A stretch of 64,000 nt of DNA from contig NW_002060944.1 of the NCBI RefSeq assembly GCF_000150275.1, forward strand, positions 3,972,123 to 4,036,122, in the 5' to 3' direction. Origin of the DNA: Trichoplax adhaerens (Eukaryota; Animalia; Placozoa). Positions 14,976 through 27,600 of this stretch are shown here, piece by piece; position 1 is the first letter of the stretch, and the number at the start of each line of letters is the position of its first letter. A program made the position numbers and the translations under genes. The notes below the pieces were generated by a model. The model saw only the letters and a list, made by a program, of their open reading frames with translations, had not been told where the DNA came from and searched no databases.

Positions 14976-15602
14976 TGTTACAGTGTTAAATACTGTATTA
15001 CAGTAGAAATAACTATGTTAGGATAATTCTGTTAGACTATCCTTATTTAGTTAACTTCTAATTTAGATATACTGTATTTTAATATAGCACTGACTTTTTA
15101 TGACAGTGACACTTATACACATACTGAAATTATAATAGTTATAATAGGGAATGCAAATCATCTGCTTACAGTTCGAATCATTGTGATTGTAATTTACTTA
15201 TGATAGACTGTAAATTATCATGGAAATGTTCCGTGATAGGACATATCGTAATCTGACTATTCTGTATTAGTTATTACATGTCTATGTTCGTAAATACTGT
15301 TGTCTGCATTAAGAGAGCAGTAGCTAAAATTAATATCTAATTCAGTAAATGATTCTAATGTTAATTGTATTAACTATGACTCATGAACTATTGAGGAATA
15401 GTATATAAATGCAGTATATCGTGAAATAAAGAAGAATTTCTCCAACTTAGTGTTTAACGTAAAATACGAGGCGTTTAAGTCTTTGTGTAGTCTGCTAGTA
15501 GAGCAAAAGTGCTCGTGATAGTGCAGATATCGTTCCTTGATACGTAGTTCAAGGAATTGACTTATTGATCGTAGATTACGTTATCTTGTTGCAAAGCTGT
15601 TT

Positions 15603-15903
15603 TGTGACAAGCATGTACAAATGTTTCAAAATAGAACAGAACTACAGACAATAATCTACAGTGTATCTCAAATGAAATGATCTATTTTGACAGCATGCAC
15701 AAATGTTTCAAAATAGAACAGAACTACAGACAATAATCTACAGTGTATCTCAAATGAAATGATCTATTGAGACAGCATGCGCAAATGTTTCAAAATACAA
15801 CAGAACTACAAAAAATAATCTACCGTGTATCTCGAATGAAATGATCTATTTTGATAGCGTGCACAAATGTTTCAAAATACGACGGAACTACAGAAAATAT
15901 TCT
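15603..15903. repeat. 82-bp tandem repeat, right part (~3.6 copies)
   Basis: The same unit resumes at GCATGTACAAATGTTTCAAAATAG after ~630 bp of unique sequence. Confidence 0.95.
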
Positions 15904-16600
15904 AAATTTGCAGATGTTCAATTGACCTTTGTGAGTACATTAGTTGTAGCAGTCTAGCACTATCGTATAATGTGTACATCAGGACTAAACTCAGCAGTAT
16001 TACATTGCGATTGACTGATTGAGACAGGTTGCTAAATGAAAAAAATAATTAAAGCTCATCGAAATACAGTAAGTAGATAAGTTTCTTGTTTTATCACTCT
16101 ACTTAATAATAACAGTGATCAGTGTCACTACAGTTTGTTGGAGAAGCACTACCTGAATCAGTTTCATGTCCATTGATTAATAGACAATTTATGCTACAGT
16201 AGTGCACTGGCTGCACCATGTGCTGCCATAAACTACTAGGCCGTAGTACTGTATTACAAAATGGTATGACCACAGTCTTTCGATTTATGCTATGACATTA
16301 TTACTGTGATCCCTACTTCGTAAAATGAAGTTTTGCAATTTGTAAATCTACTGTGGATTGTATGTAAAACGAAATGGTCCAACTGTTGATGTCGGCCAAT
16401 CCTTGGAATTGTATTCAAATGGTAAGTTTTATTTTACTTTTCTATCACCCTATGCAGCGGAAATTTCTGTCATATAGGGATATATACCCGTCTACGGTGT
16501 ACTGTACACCTACTTGTATACGGTACATATAAGCGTATATCATGATGTGAAGTTGCAGATATTTAAGAAATCGATATCCATTTTGTTCTTTCTGTGTCTG

Positions 16601-17254
16601 TATGACTCTAAAAGCAATAATCATTGAACAATTCCATTATTAACGGGTTATAGAAACATTTGACGACGAATTCTCGTCAATCAACTCATTCTGTTTCGTT
16701 TGGTATTAAAATTTAAAATTTATAAAATTTATTACGGAAAGAACCAATTTTTGATGCATTTGCTTTTACATAAATCACTCCCAATTTCACTAGTCACACC
16801 TAGTTACACCAGTGCTGTACAGTATGACTCTAAAAGTAATAATCATTGAACAATTCTATTATTAACGAGTCATAGAAACATTTGACGACAAATTCTCGTC
16901 AATCAACTCATTCTGTTTCGTTTAGTATTAAAGGTAAAATTTCAAATTGATTACAGGAAGAACCAATTTTTGATGCATTTGCTTTTACATAAATCACCCC
17001 CAATTTCACTAGTCACACCTAGTTACACCAGTGCTGTACAGTATGACTCTAAAAGTAATAATCATTGAACAATTCCATTATTAACGGGTTATAGAAACAT
17101 TTGACGACAAATTCTCGTCAATCAACTCATTCTGTTTCGTTTAGTATTAAAATTTCAAATTGATTACAGAAAGAATCAATTTTTGATGCATTTGCTTTTA
17201 CAAAAATTACCCCCAATTTCACTAGTCACACCTAGTTACACCAGTGCTGTACAG
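16601..17254. repeat. ~213-222-bp tandem repeat, 3 copies
   Basis: TATGACTCTAAAAG at 16601, 16823 and 17042. Each copy ends CCAGTGCTGTACAG. Confidence 0.95.
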
Positions 17255-17333
17255 TAGTGGGTAAAACTTGGAACTCAAGGTTTTTTCCCGTGCTAAAGCT
17301 TATTGACTCCTTTCTAATGAAGCTAAGAAACAC

Positions 17334-17381
17334 CATGGACTACTGGAAAAAATAGCAGAAAAAATTTTCTAGTAGACCATG
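17334..17381. other. Second copy of the CATGGACTACTAGAAAA inverted repeat (15/17 paired, 14-nt spacer)
   Basis: CATGGACTACTGGAAAA...TTTTCTAGTAGACCATG. Confidence 0.85.
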
Positions 17382-17444
17382 AAAAAATACCAGGAAAGCT
17401 TGGTGGAAATGAGCTAAGAAGTAATTACAGTCCAGTACTGTACA

Positions 17445-17664
17445 GTGCGACGAAATGGTTGAGTTTGCACTGTAAATACTGTACAGTATTGTACAGTACT
17501 GTACTGTCCACTGTCCACTGTCCAGTCAACAGTTACCTAGAGATAAGAAGTAACAGTATACGTACTGTACTGTACAGTACTGTGCGAGGAAATGGTTGAG
17601 TTTGCACTGTAAAGACTGTACTGTACTGTCCACTGTCCACTGTCCAGCCAACAGTTACCTAGAG
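17445..17664. repeat. Two-copy duplication rich in CTGTA/CTGTCCA words
   Basis: GAAATGGTTGAGTTTGCACTGTAAA...CTGTCCACTGTCCACTGTCCAG..AACAGTTACCTAGAGA occurs twice. Confidence 0.9.
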
Positions 17665-18148
17665 ACAGCGGACCTTCAACCTAGTTACTGTACGCACAAG
17701 TAGCGACAGGCGTTACGCGTCGCAGACATTCAGGACCGTCTTGACTACCATGATTGCCGAGATGCGCAGAGACTGCAGAGATTGATAGGGCGGTAGAGGT
17801 GAAGAGTTCTTCTTTTACCATCGCTAGCGAATGAGCAATGGTACAGCAAGCGTCCTATCACTAGCACTAGTATGCCTACAGTGAGCAATAGTGCAATAAT
17901 CTAATGATGGCAGACCTATTCAAAGAATGGAGGACACCCATTTTACCTCGATGCTATTAGGCAAGGACTTGTCAAAAGGCAACTTGCTCTTACAAGTCAC
18001 TGTCCTAACCAGACAGTATAGACTGGTGAAATCAGCGCCACTCAACTACTGTATTACCACTGTGGTGGATGACACTGTACACAGTGTACAGTACTGTACG
18101 GGTAGCCGTGCCGACGAGTGGTGACCATAGGGAAAGCAACGTTGCAAA

Positions 18149-18507
18149 ATGCAACTCACTCGCAAGCCGAGTGACACCTACCTACCAATGGTACCTATGG
18201 ATACACAGGGACCGGGAGGTACCGCAACAGGGTACGTGTGTGGCAACTCACTCGCAAGCCGAGTGACCTACCTACCAATGGTACCTATGAATACACAGGG
18301 ACGGGGAGGTACCGCAATAGGGTACGTGTGTGGCAACTCACTCGAAAGTCGAGTGACCTACCTACCAATGGTACCTATGAATACACAGGGACGGGGAGGT
18401 ACCGCAATAGGGTACGTGTGTGGCAACTCACTCGCAAGCCGAGTGACCTACCTACCAATGGTACCTATGAATACACAGGGACGGGGAGGTACCGCAATAC
18501 GGTACGT
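18149..18507. repeat. GC-rich 90-bp tandem repeat, 4 copies, each with a hairpin
   Basis: GCAACTCACTCGCAAGCCGAGTGAC recurs at ~18151, 18243, 18333 and 18423. Confidence 0.95.
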
Positions 18508-19008
18508 CAGTCGACAGACGGAACTTTTGAAATCACTGGCCGATTTCAATGAAATCTTTTTTTTCACAGTCTTCTCCATTTTTTCATGAAATTCATTTTA
18601 TAACCCTGAACCCTGTATATATCTTTGCCAGGAAAACATTTCTCCAAGTATTTTTGGTATTATTGACCCTTGATATCCATTTCTCGCCTCGTTCTTTACA
18701 TTATTTCACTGAAAAATCGCTTTCCTAGCCACTCATTTTGTTATTGCTTTGGCCATTTTCTTGTTGGTTCAAAGAATACAGTAAAAGTAGGAAAACACCA
18801 TTTTTTTCTTTCAATTCAACTCAACGTGCCAAGATATTATCCACTACAAGTTCAATCGATCACAGGTATTACTCTCTACAAAATGAGATGACCTCTACCT
18901 TGGATCACTTTTAGCCCTAATAGGAGTATCTAAGTTGTTTATAACCCTAATTATAACCATTTTATTTAGACGAATTCAAATTGTACATACGCGCACATTT
19001 CCCCTTCA

Positions 19009-22000
19009 ATGACGATGGAACAAGATCCTAATGCTGTAAATTGTGTACGTCCAGATATGGGCTACAATTGGCTAGGCAATTATGTTATTGAAAAAAAGAT
19101 TGGCCAAGGACAATTTAGTGTTGTCTATAAAGCACGATGCTTGCTAGATAATTCACTAGTAGCTTTAAAAAAGGTTCAGGTAAGATTCATCATAATCCAT
19201 TCGTTCCTTCTGCGCGTCGAATTGTAGCGTATCATCTCTGCTTGCACATTTGTCAACAAGTAACGGTCTGCCGTGCTCATTTTGGATGTTCTTTCATTCA
19301 AATTCTTGACCAATGCCACCTTCGTACTGCTCTTGATAGCATTTGATACAGTGCAATCTACCTTGTTTAAAATCGGTTAACCAATTTTTAATTTTCTTCC
19401 ATTTTTACACCAAAGAAAGGGAATGGGTAGGACCTGATTGAAATACAGTACATGCGTACCCTAAGTAAATACCGGTTCAACCCCAAAATAAACGTTCTGT
19501 TGCTTTTTTCCCCTTTCCTTCTCCAACTCGATCACTCCTCTCGATTTTGTTATACGTCGTGATTGATGATGGAGAAGAAATCAATCCATGTAGTTGGACA
19601 ACATTCTTTTCTTACTGGCGAAATAGTTTTGCATTGCAGTATTACGAAATTGCTTAACTACATTTGTTGTCCACATCAGCAGTTTAATTGATTTACTGTG
19701 ATACCTTGACTTCGGTCATATGTCTTTTAATCGGACTGCAAGACAAAGCCTTATCATAAGATAGTTTTATTTGATATCTGTATATGGACTCAGCGAACTT
19801 CCTAGTTACTTTTTCTTTCTTTCTTTAAATACACGACAACTAAATCATTGAATCTTCTTTAACCTAACCTTCATGATCATTCCATTTTATAATTTCAAAT
19901 GAATTACTTTACTTTCCATTACAATGTTTTGCTGAAAATCAACTTTTGCACTTTCAATGACTTAATAATCTACAGTTAGCATTGATCATCACTCACAATT
20001 TTATATTACCACATCCAATCAATTGTTTTCGACTAGACCTGAGAAAGACTCCGTGACTACTTTCTGTTCAAACGGAGCATTCCTTTACTCGTAATAATGA
20101 AAACTTCGATCTATGTTCCACCGGAGTAATCATTCTGAATACACCAGACATTTATCCTGTATATCAATCCATTCTACTGTATTATTTTGGAAATTTTTTC
20201 CATAGCTGATTGTGATGGTTTCTACCTACTGCCAACCAATGATCGCACATTCTCTACCATGATTTTTGATACAGTACCATTTAAAAATGAAATCAAGTAG
20301 AATCATTCTAACTAGAGTTAACATCTTTTATCTTGTGCCATGTTTTGGCTTCTAACGAATGTATCCGTATTACTGTAATCAATCTTGATGTTGCCATTGT
20401 ATCAACTCTTGTAAGATCACAGTAAAAAAAGTCAAGACAACTACTTTGGGCGTCATATAAATTCCCATCAAGTAGTGTAATTAAGTATATTATGTACTGT
20501 GTATCCTCATATACAAAAGCGTATCGATCCATGACACAAGTTAAATTAATTATCCATTTTATTATAATACCGCTAGATATTTGAAATGATGGACGCTAAA
20601 GCGCGTCAAGATTGTCTCAAAGAAATAGACTTGTTGAAGGTAAGTTGTGAATAATATTATTTTAACTCTATTACCATTAATTATCTGCTTACATTTCCAT
20701 GATTTGCGCTTAAAATTCACACTCTTTCACGCTACCCGTGTTATGTTAAAACCGGAAAAATATCTAGGCCTTTTAGATATGACTGTAGTATAGACTTTAT
20801 TAACAGATTGATAATACAGTCTTACTGCGAATTTTATTCTTATTGTAGGACAACGCCTACAATAGTATTGTAGAATTCGTCAATTCGTTAATGCTAATCA
20901 ACGTTATGTTATACTACCTTCTTTTTTTAATATGTCCTAACTAATAATAATTGATTATATAGCATGATATTCTTTTCGTACATGTAAATGTCCCTGATTG
21001 TAATGAAATACTTAGATAGGACTGCTTATAATGCTGCTATAGCAGCAAGTCATCATAAAAGTACAAAGTTGTACCTTACAACAATTTTAGTTAGGAAGAA
21101 CGACATAGACATCCAAGATTTATTTCTTTTATGTTGTTTTTATATATTTCCCTAATTATTGTAATATTGTCAAAAGTTTCATGGTCTTTTCTTAGTATGT
21201 ATGCGACACCTTAATTGTAATTAGCCTTGTTATCCGTTAATGACAATAAAAATAAATTCATCGTTCTGTAATTAACCTGAAAAAAAGATAACACTTTATA
21301 AGATTGTTTAGTTAACTTAAATTTAGTTAATTAAAAGGCTAAGTGTTCGCTGATATCTAATCTCCTATACATTTGAAGCACTTTCTAAAATTTATCCACT
21401 TTTTTTGCTACATCTATACTCAAAGTCATTGGAGCATCCAAATATTATTAAATATGTGGCATCTTTTATTGAAAATAATGAAGTAAGTTGCGACAAGCTA
21501 TTTGAAATTAGATCTACTCTGCTGAGGCAAAAATATAAAGAGTGATTGATAAATATACCATCATATGGCTTTTTATTTAAATAGAATTATATCATGAAAA
21601 TATCTATTACTTGTATAGCATAATTTTTAATAACTCTGTCAATTGACATTTTTCTCTATCTACTGGACATTTTGCAATAATTTTAGCTAAACATTGTTCT
21701 AGAATTAGCTGATGCTGGCGATCTATCAAGAATGATCAAGGTTTGCTACCAATAAGTATATCTGGGATATATATATATAGCTTACTCGTAATTTTACCTT
21801 TCAAACACATATCATAGACGTATTGCTAGCCCTCATCAGCTTGAAGTTAGAATTTGTATGAATATTAAGTTATTGTTATAATTTCTCATAGTAACAAATT
21901 TAACAGGTGTACATTAAAAATGGTGTATCATCCTTAATTCTAAAACCCGGAATTTCAATATGTGTAAAAAGTTGATAGTTCTGCGTTGATCATGTCATCT

Positions 22001-23667
22001 AGCAAGTGGAGAATGTACTACTCTAATACTTGCATGAGCGAGATTACCTTACTTATTTTAAGATATTGGTAATCTGTTGTAACCGTCCTGAACGTTTTAT
22101 TTCTGGATATTAATTTTAAAAAAATGTAACTAAATCCTCGTTGCTTATTTCATGCATTAAAGCTTGCGATCGTAAAGTACTATGAACTATCTGTTGCTCT
22201 AGTTTCATTTTCACAAATTTGATATACAGCAATGGCATTAATTAAAGTAGTACTTCCGTATAGTATCGTTATGGAAGGTAATGTGTATGCATTCTATACT
22301 ATCCTCTGCCTTTTTTTCATTTCTAATTGTTGAAATTTCGTCGTGTAATATACGCATATACCAAGATTGTGAATACTAAATTCAATTTTTTAACCTTATT
22401 AGTAAGAATATACTGTTAATTTTATACCTTAAATCTTTCGAAACACCAAGATAATAAGTCTTATCTCTGTTTTTATTTTAGCATTTTAAGAAGCAAAGAC
22501 GGCTTATACCGGAGAAAACTGTTTGGTAAGTTCCAATTATTTTACTAGTCAAATAAAAATTAATCAAGGAAAAACTTTTTGCTGGAGCAGTTGCAATTAT
22601 CGCAATGATACTTTCGCAAGTTTTATATATGGACTCTCAATCTTCTCGTAGGAAGTACTTCGTACAATTATGCAATGCCCTAGAACATATGCACTCACGT
22701 CGCGTTATGCATAGAGGTTAGTAACTCCACAAAGTTTTATGCTAGCTTAATTTATCAGAATTTACGAATCCATACTAGCATGTTAATTAAAAGTATATGT
22801 ATTATATTTTACAATCTTGACGGACATAGACTCACTTTTATTATATTAATTATAATCTCATTGGATTTAAGCTTTATCAACTAATACCTTTGTAAATTAT
22901 ACCACCTTAAATTCTTAACTAGATATTAAACCTGCTAACGTCTTTATAACTGCAACTGGTATTGTTAAACTGGGAGATCTTGGATTAGGCAGATATTTTA
23001 GTTCCAAAACAACTGCTGCCCATTCTTTAGGTGGAAAATTTAGACTGTTTTAAATTAATTGATATTGTTCTATATCGATATAAATTATTTTGAATACTCT
23101 ATAATGGATGACTATTTTATCTTGATTCTAATAGTGGGGACACCATATTATATGTCACCGGAAAGAATACATGAGACTGGATATAACTTTAAGTCTGATA
23201 TATGGTCTCTTGGCTGCTTATTGTATGAGGTCAGTATGGTATCTTCAAGCCTTGAGCTAATTTTGAATTATATTTCATACTATAAATAATATTGAGATAT
23301 TAAAAAAGTAAATAATTTCGTTATGTTTACGTACAGATGGCAGCATTACAATCTCCATTTTATGGCGATAAGATGAATTTATATTCATTATGTAAAAAAA
23401 TTGAACAATGCGATTACCCTCCGTTGCCTGCTGACTATTACTCGGAAGAGGTAAAATAAAATTGTTTTCTTACAATTACATCCATATTTTTCATTTCTTT
23501 CATAAAGTTATGATTTTACTGACTTCTTTAATGTACTATAACAGTTAAGGGGACTTGTCAATGCTTGTATTAATCCCGATCCAGAAAAAAGATGGGATAT
23601 TACATATGTTAGTAATATTGCTCGCCAAATGAATGCACGTTTCCAGCAACAAGCACCGCTGAAGTAA
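19009..23667 (+). CDS. NEK7: NIMA-related Ser/Thr kinase NEK6/NEK7, 10 exons
   Basis: Approximate exons: 19009-19179, 20577-20639, 21426-21482, 21687-21740, 22482-22525, 22652-22716, 22923-23030, 23134-23229, 23337-23450, 23544-23667. Motifs [51 protein letters not shown] (the NEK6/7 DLG) and [13 protein letters not shown]. Probably co-orthologous to both NEK6 and NEK7. Confidence 0.95.
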
Positions 23668-24693
23668 AGTGGATTCAACAGCTTTGGTCGCAAAGTGACT
23701 TAGGATCTCATCGATCTTGTATAGAATTATCATTATTTGAATAAGATTTTAAAATCATTCGTATTCCAATACTTAATTGTAATGGTGACTAAAAAATATT
23801 ATTGATAATATTCATGTACTACAGATAAAGATGATAAATGCATGACTGCGCATTTAAATATATTGTAACGCTCAGAAAATAGCTATTTTAAATTCTAGGT
23901 CTATGTACTTTATCTGTGCATATCTAATCTTAACTTTTATCGTTTGTTATGTATTCCATCTTAGATTTATTATTAAGCAGCTGTTTCTTGATTATAATCG
24001 CCGCTTCGAAGCGATCTCAATTTATCATTTTCAGTCAACCTGATTTTGCGTGAATTACGTAGTAATTTTATTTCAAATTCTTATATATAGCCCAAAGCTC
24101 CCTTCTTACTAGACAAAAAGATAGAAAGCTGTAATTCTTTCAGTTATCGATGACAAGCTTTAATCACAGAAAAATAGAATAAAGTTCTAGGGCGACCGTA
24201 AATCTAATTTTTCCTTTGTTTTTAAACTGGATTCTCCGATGGCAAAAACCTTTCTAATATCATTACGAAATAGATTTCCTTAGCAATAGAAAATTTGCTA
24301 ATTCACCGTAAAGATTGAACGTACTAAGTCACATCTACAAATACTTACCTATTCGTAAGCTATGAATGGGTGCTACTGCTATTATAGATTGAGGATATTC
24401 TTATGTCAAGTAATTTAATAGCTAATGCACTACTATCCCAACATGCATTCATTGAAACATCTTAATTTTATTATAATACCTTGTACGTTACTTTCATTCC
24501 AAAATAGTGGCAAATACAAATGCAGTATTAGTAGCAATACCCAATTACTAAATAAATGATATTACGTTAAAATATATTAGGTTATTTTCATCAAGCATAT
24601 ACACATTACAACAACTATAATCGAAATATTTGAACATTTCCATAAATGCTATCATATGAGTAGAAAAGTTACATTGACCCTTCCAAGAAACTA

Positions 24694-27600
24694 TTATAAA
24701 TTTATATTTCTAATTTTAGCTATTCCATCTGCAATTTCTTTCAAAATTTGTTGATCTTTTACACTTTGCTGAAATTCTCTATAAAAAAAACATGCATTTA
24801 TCGTATGTTACTTTATAGATACAGATAATACTGAAGACCAATAAAAAAGAAATGCTTACGAAGACGGAGACTTTAATAGTAAAACGATTTGCTTAAGTTT
24901 TATCCCTGGTGATATTTCTAGTGCTTCCAGGATATTAAATAAGTATTCTGAAATAGGTAAAGTGATCGCATTAAATTATCTTGATTTTGCTTTCTGTTAT
25001 TTCATTTGAAACCAACCTATATCTTCAATTAACTGTCTAGCTGCGTGATCAGTTAAAGTGGGTATTTTCATAATGTTCTCGACGTACGTCAGTACAGTTC
25101 CTCTAGCAACAGCACCCAACCAGTAGATTGTAGTATCGTTTACGTTTAATGAAGTATCTTCGTTATCTAATTTGAAGATATAGCAATATAATCAATTATC
25201 CTAAATTAAAGCATAGTATACTGATGCTATTTAGTTAACCAGAAGTATCCGGGTAAGGCAATTTTCCTTCCTTCAGAGCCATTTCAAGGGAAGGATTATT
25301 TTGAGTAGCGAATGGCTCCAGCTGTTGCGGTAAGTTAAGTAAATAATCGCCAATCTAAATTAGATAATTCACATAGATAACAAGATATAAAGTATTTAGC
25401 CATTTAATATCTAATGTCTATTCAATAATCAGATTACGAGTATATATATACTTGGGTAATATAACTTGAAGGAGATATAAATGTGGGTAAATCTTCATTA
25501 GATACATCAGAAACTTCTTTTTCAGCACTCCAAACCTACGGATATTGGAGTGTATTTAGTAGATAAAAAAATGTAATGGATAACAATCATGAACACAAAT
25601 GGCACTGTAATAAAATCTTGCCTCCATCATCGGCATGGCTGATAATTGCTGTTGGACTTTGGAGAATATTAAATCGAAAGCAAACAAGTGGCAAGACTCA
25701 TTTAAATCACAGCATCGTTGACGAACACTTGGCAAGAAAACGAAGTCGTGCCCTTCTGTAATTAAATTAGGGAAATTCTAAGCACAGACCTTGACAGATT
25801 TAAGGGCTCATAAAGATTATGTACAATCAGGAATGAGTTTCTTACGTTCGTAAAATGTGATTATAACTAGTCATTATATCTTTTTTGTTTCATACCTTGT
25901 TGGCATCTTTCAACTAAATACGACAAGGAAGACATCTCTTCTGAATCGTCATCTACAAGATAGTTGTAATGGACTAAAGTTCTCTGCAAATTTGCGGGTG
26001 CCAGTAGTTTGTCCGCCTGATTGTTAATACTTTTCTGTAATCGCGCGCTTAAGCTATTAGATTTAATTATTATATCACCTGCAAATTTTGTAACATAAGC
26101 GATAGATTAAATACTGCAGTTATCGAATTTGAAAATATTTAATAAAAACGAACGCATTTTTAAATTATAAAACAAGTAATGAAACATTATCGTACAGTAC
26201 CGCAAGTTTGAATTAATCGAAAAGCGTTCTGAAAAACTGTCCAGTCATCTTGAAACTCGGTATTTTGACTAGCAGGTGAAGGAGCTGTTATATTTGAAAG
26301 GACCCCAATACGACATAAATCGCGTAAATTTTTTACGATATCAAAGTGTTCGTTTAGGTACTTGATGAAATACGTCTGCAAGTGGAGATTTTAACGATTA
26401 CTATTACACTTAATTTAAGGTATTCACAACTAACATAATCTTACCTCTAATGCACTCCCTAGCCCATAAATACCACAACCCTGAGTTAGATCAAAGCATC
26501 TGTTTCTAGCCTGACAGAATTAAATAGAGCAGAGAGTAACAATTAAGCAGGCTTTCACATGACGTTAGCAATCAAAGTTGTCCAATTACTTCAAGAACCG
26601 CAAATAAGAAATGTGCGCATATTTATAAGATAGACGGAGCATACATATAACTTAAAAGAATTTTAACTGATATTATGGCTTTAAATGGTTAGAAAATTTT
26701 GAGCGAAAACTCATGTTACGCGCATAATACCTCATTCGCCCACGTAAACGCCTTACCAACGTATTCATTAATTCGACTCACTGTGTCAAGAATACCATCT
26801 ATCTCCTATGCGTAACAAAATATAAGTATATCAATACGCTAGGTCATATAAGAGCCTTAAGGTAATAATTTGTAACTATTATAATATTCTAAATCTGATG
26901 AAAACGTACAAAACTTAATGATTTAAGATTAGCCATAAGATTTTCTTTCTCCCAGTCAGAGTATTTCAGTAAAAGTTTTGTAAATGGAGAATGGATAGCT
27001 TGTACAAGTTGATTTGTTGTTCTTGGATCATTAACTGTCGTTTTTATAAGTAACGAAATTAGGTTAGATTATTTACATTTTTTGTTGAATCATAGCAAAA
27101 AAGGATATGGTAGATAAACCAGTCCTCTCAGTTACATATACAAAGCCCTTATTTCTTACTTTGCTGGTTGCTTAAAGCAGTATCGAGACCTTCAGCAAAT
27201 CTAAATGTACACTGGTAAAGCGGAACAAAAAATATAAATACTACTGTAGTGATTAATACGTAAGATATGCAGTATTGAATAGTGGTTGTGAATTCATACA
27301 TTGAAAAACTAGAAAGAGCTAACAAGTACCTTTCTAAAAGCAGTTAGCTGTTCAATTTTCATTACTGGATTAGCAAAGTCGTTGATGTAGTCACTTATGT
27401 ATTGATATATGGACGGGTCTAAAGCAGATAAACTTTGTGCAAGCACGCTATTAACTAAATCAATTGCATTCGGAAATATCTGTACACACCAAGAAACCTA
27501 TTAATGAATCACGAATTAGTACAATGTAAGTAATTATCACATAATTAATTTCATATTGGACACCTAAGTAGATATATTATAGAGCGAAATGATAACTGAT

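Noticed and set aside
15165-15185. GTTCGAATC resembling a tRNA T-loop/B-box
   Set aside because: No T-stem, A-box or cloverleaf in the flanks.
18149-18589. 146-aa and 104-aa repetitive ORFs
   Set aside because: By-products of a GC-rich 90-bp repeat (multiple of 3) that is open in more than one frame. No protein similarity recognised.
18600-18960. Telomere-like TAACCCT words (also ~41121 and ~43143)
   Set aside because: Only one or two isolated units each, which is compatible with chance. No array.
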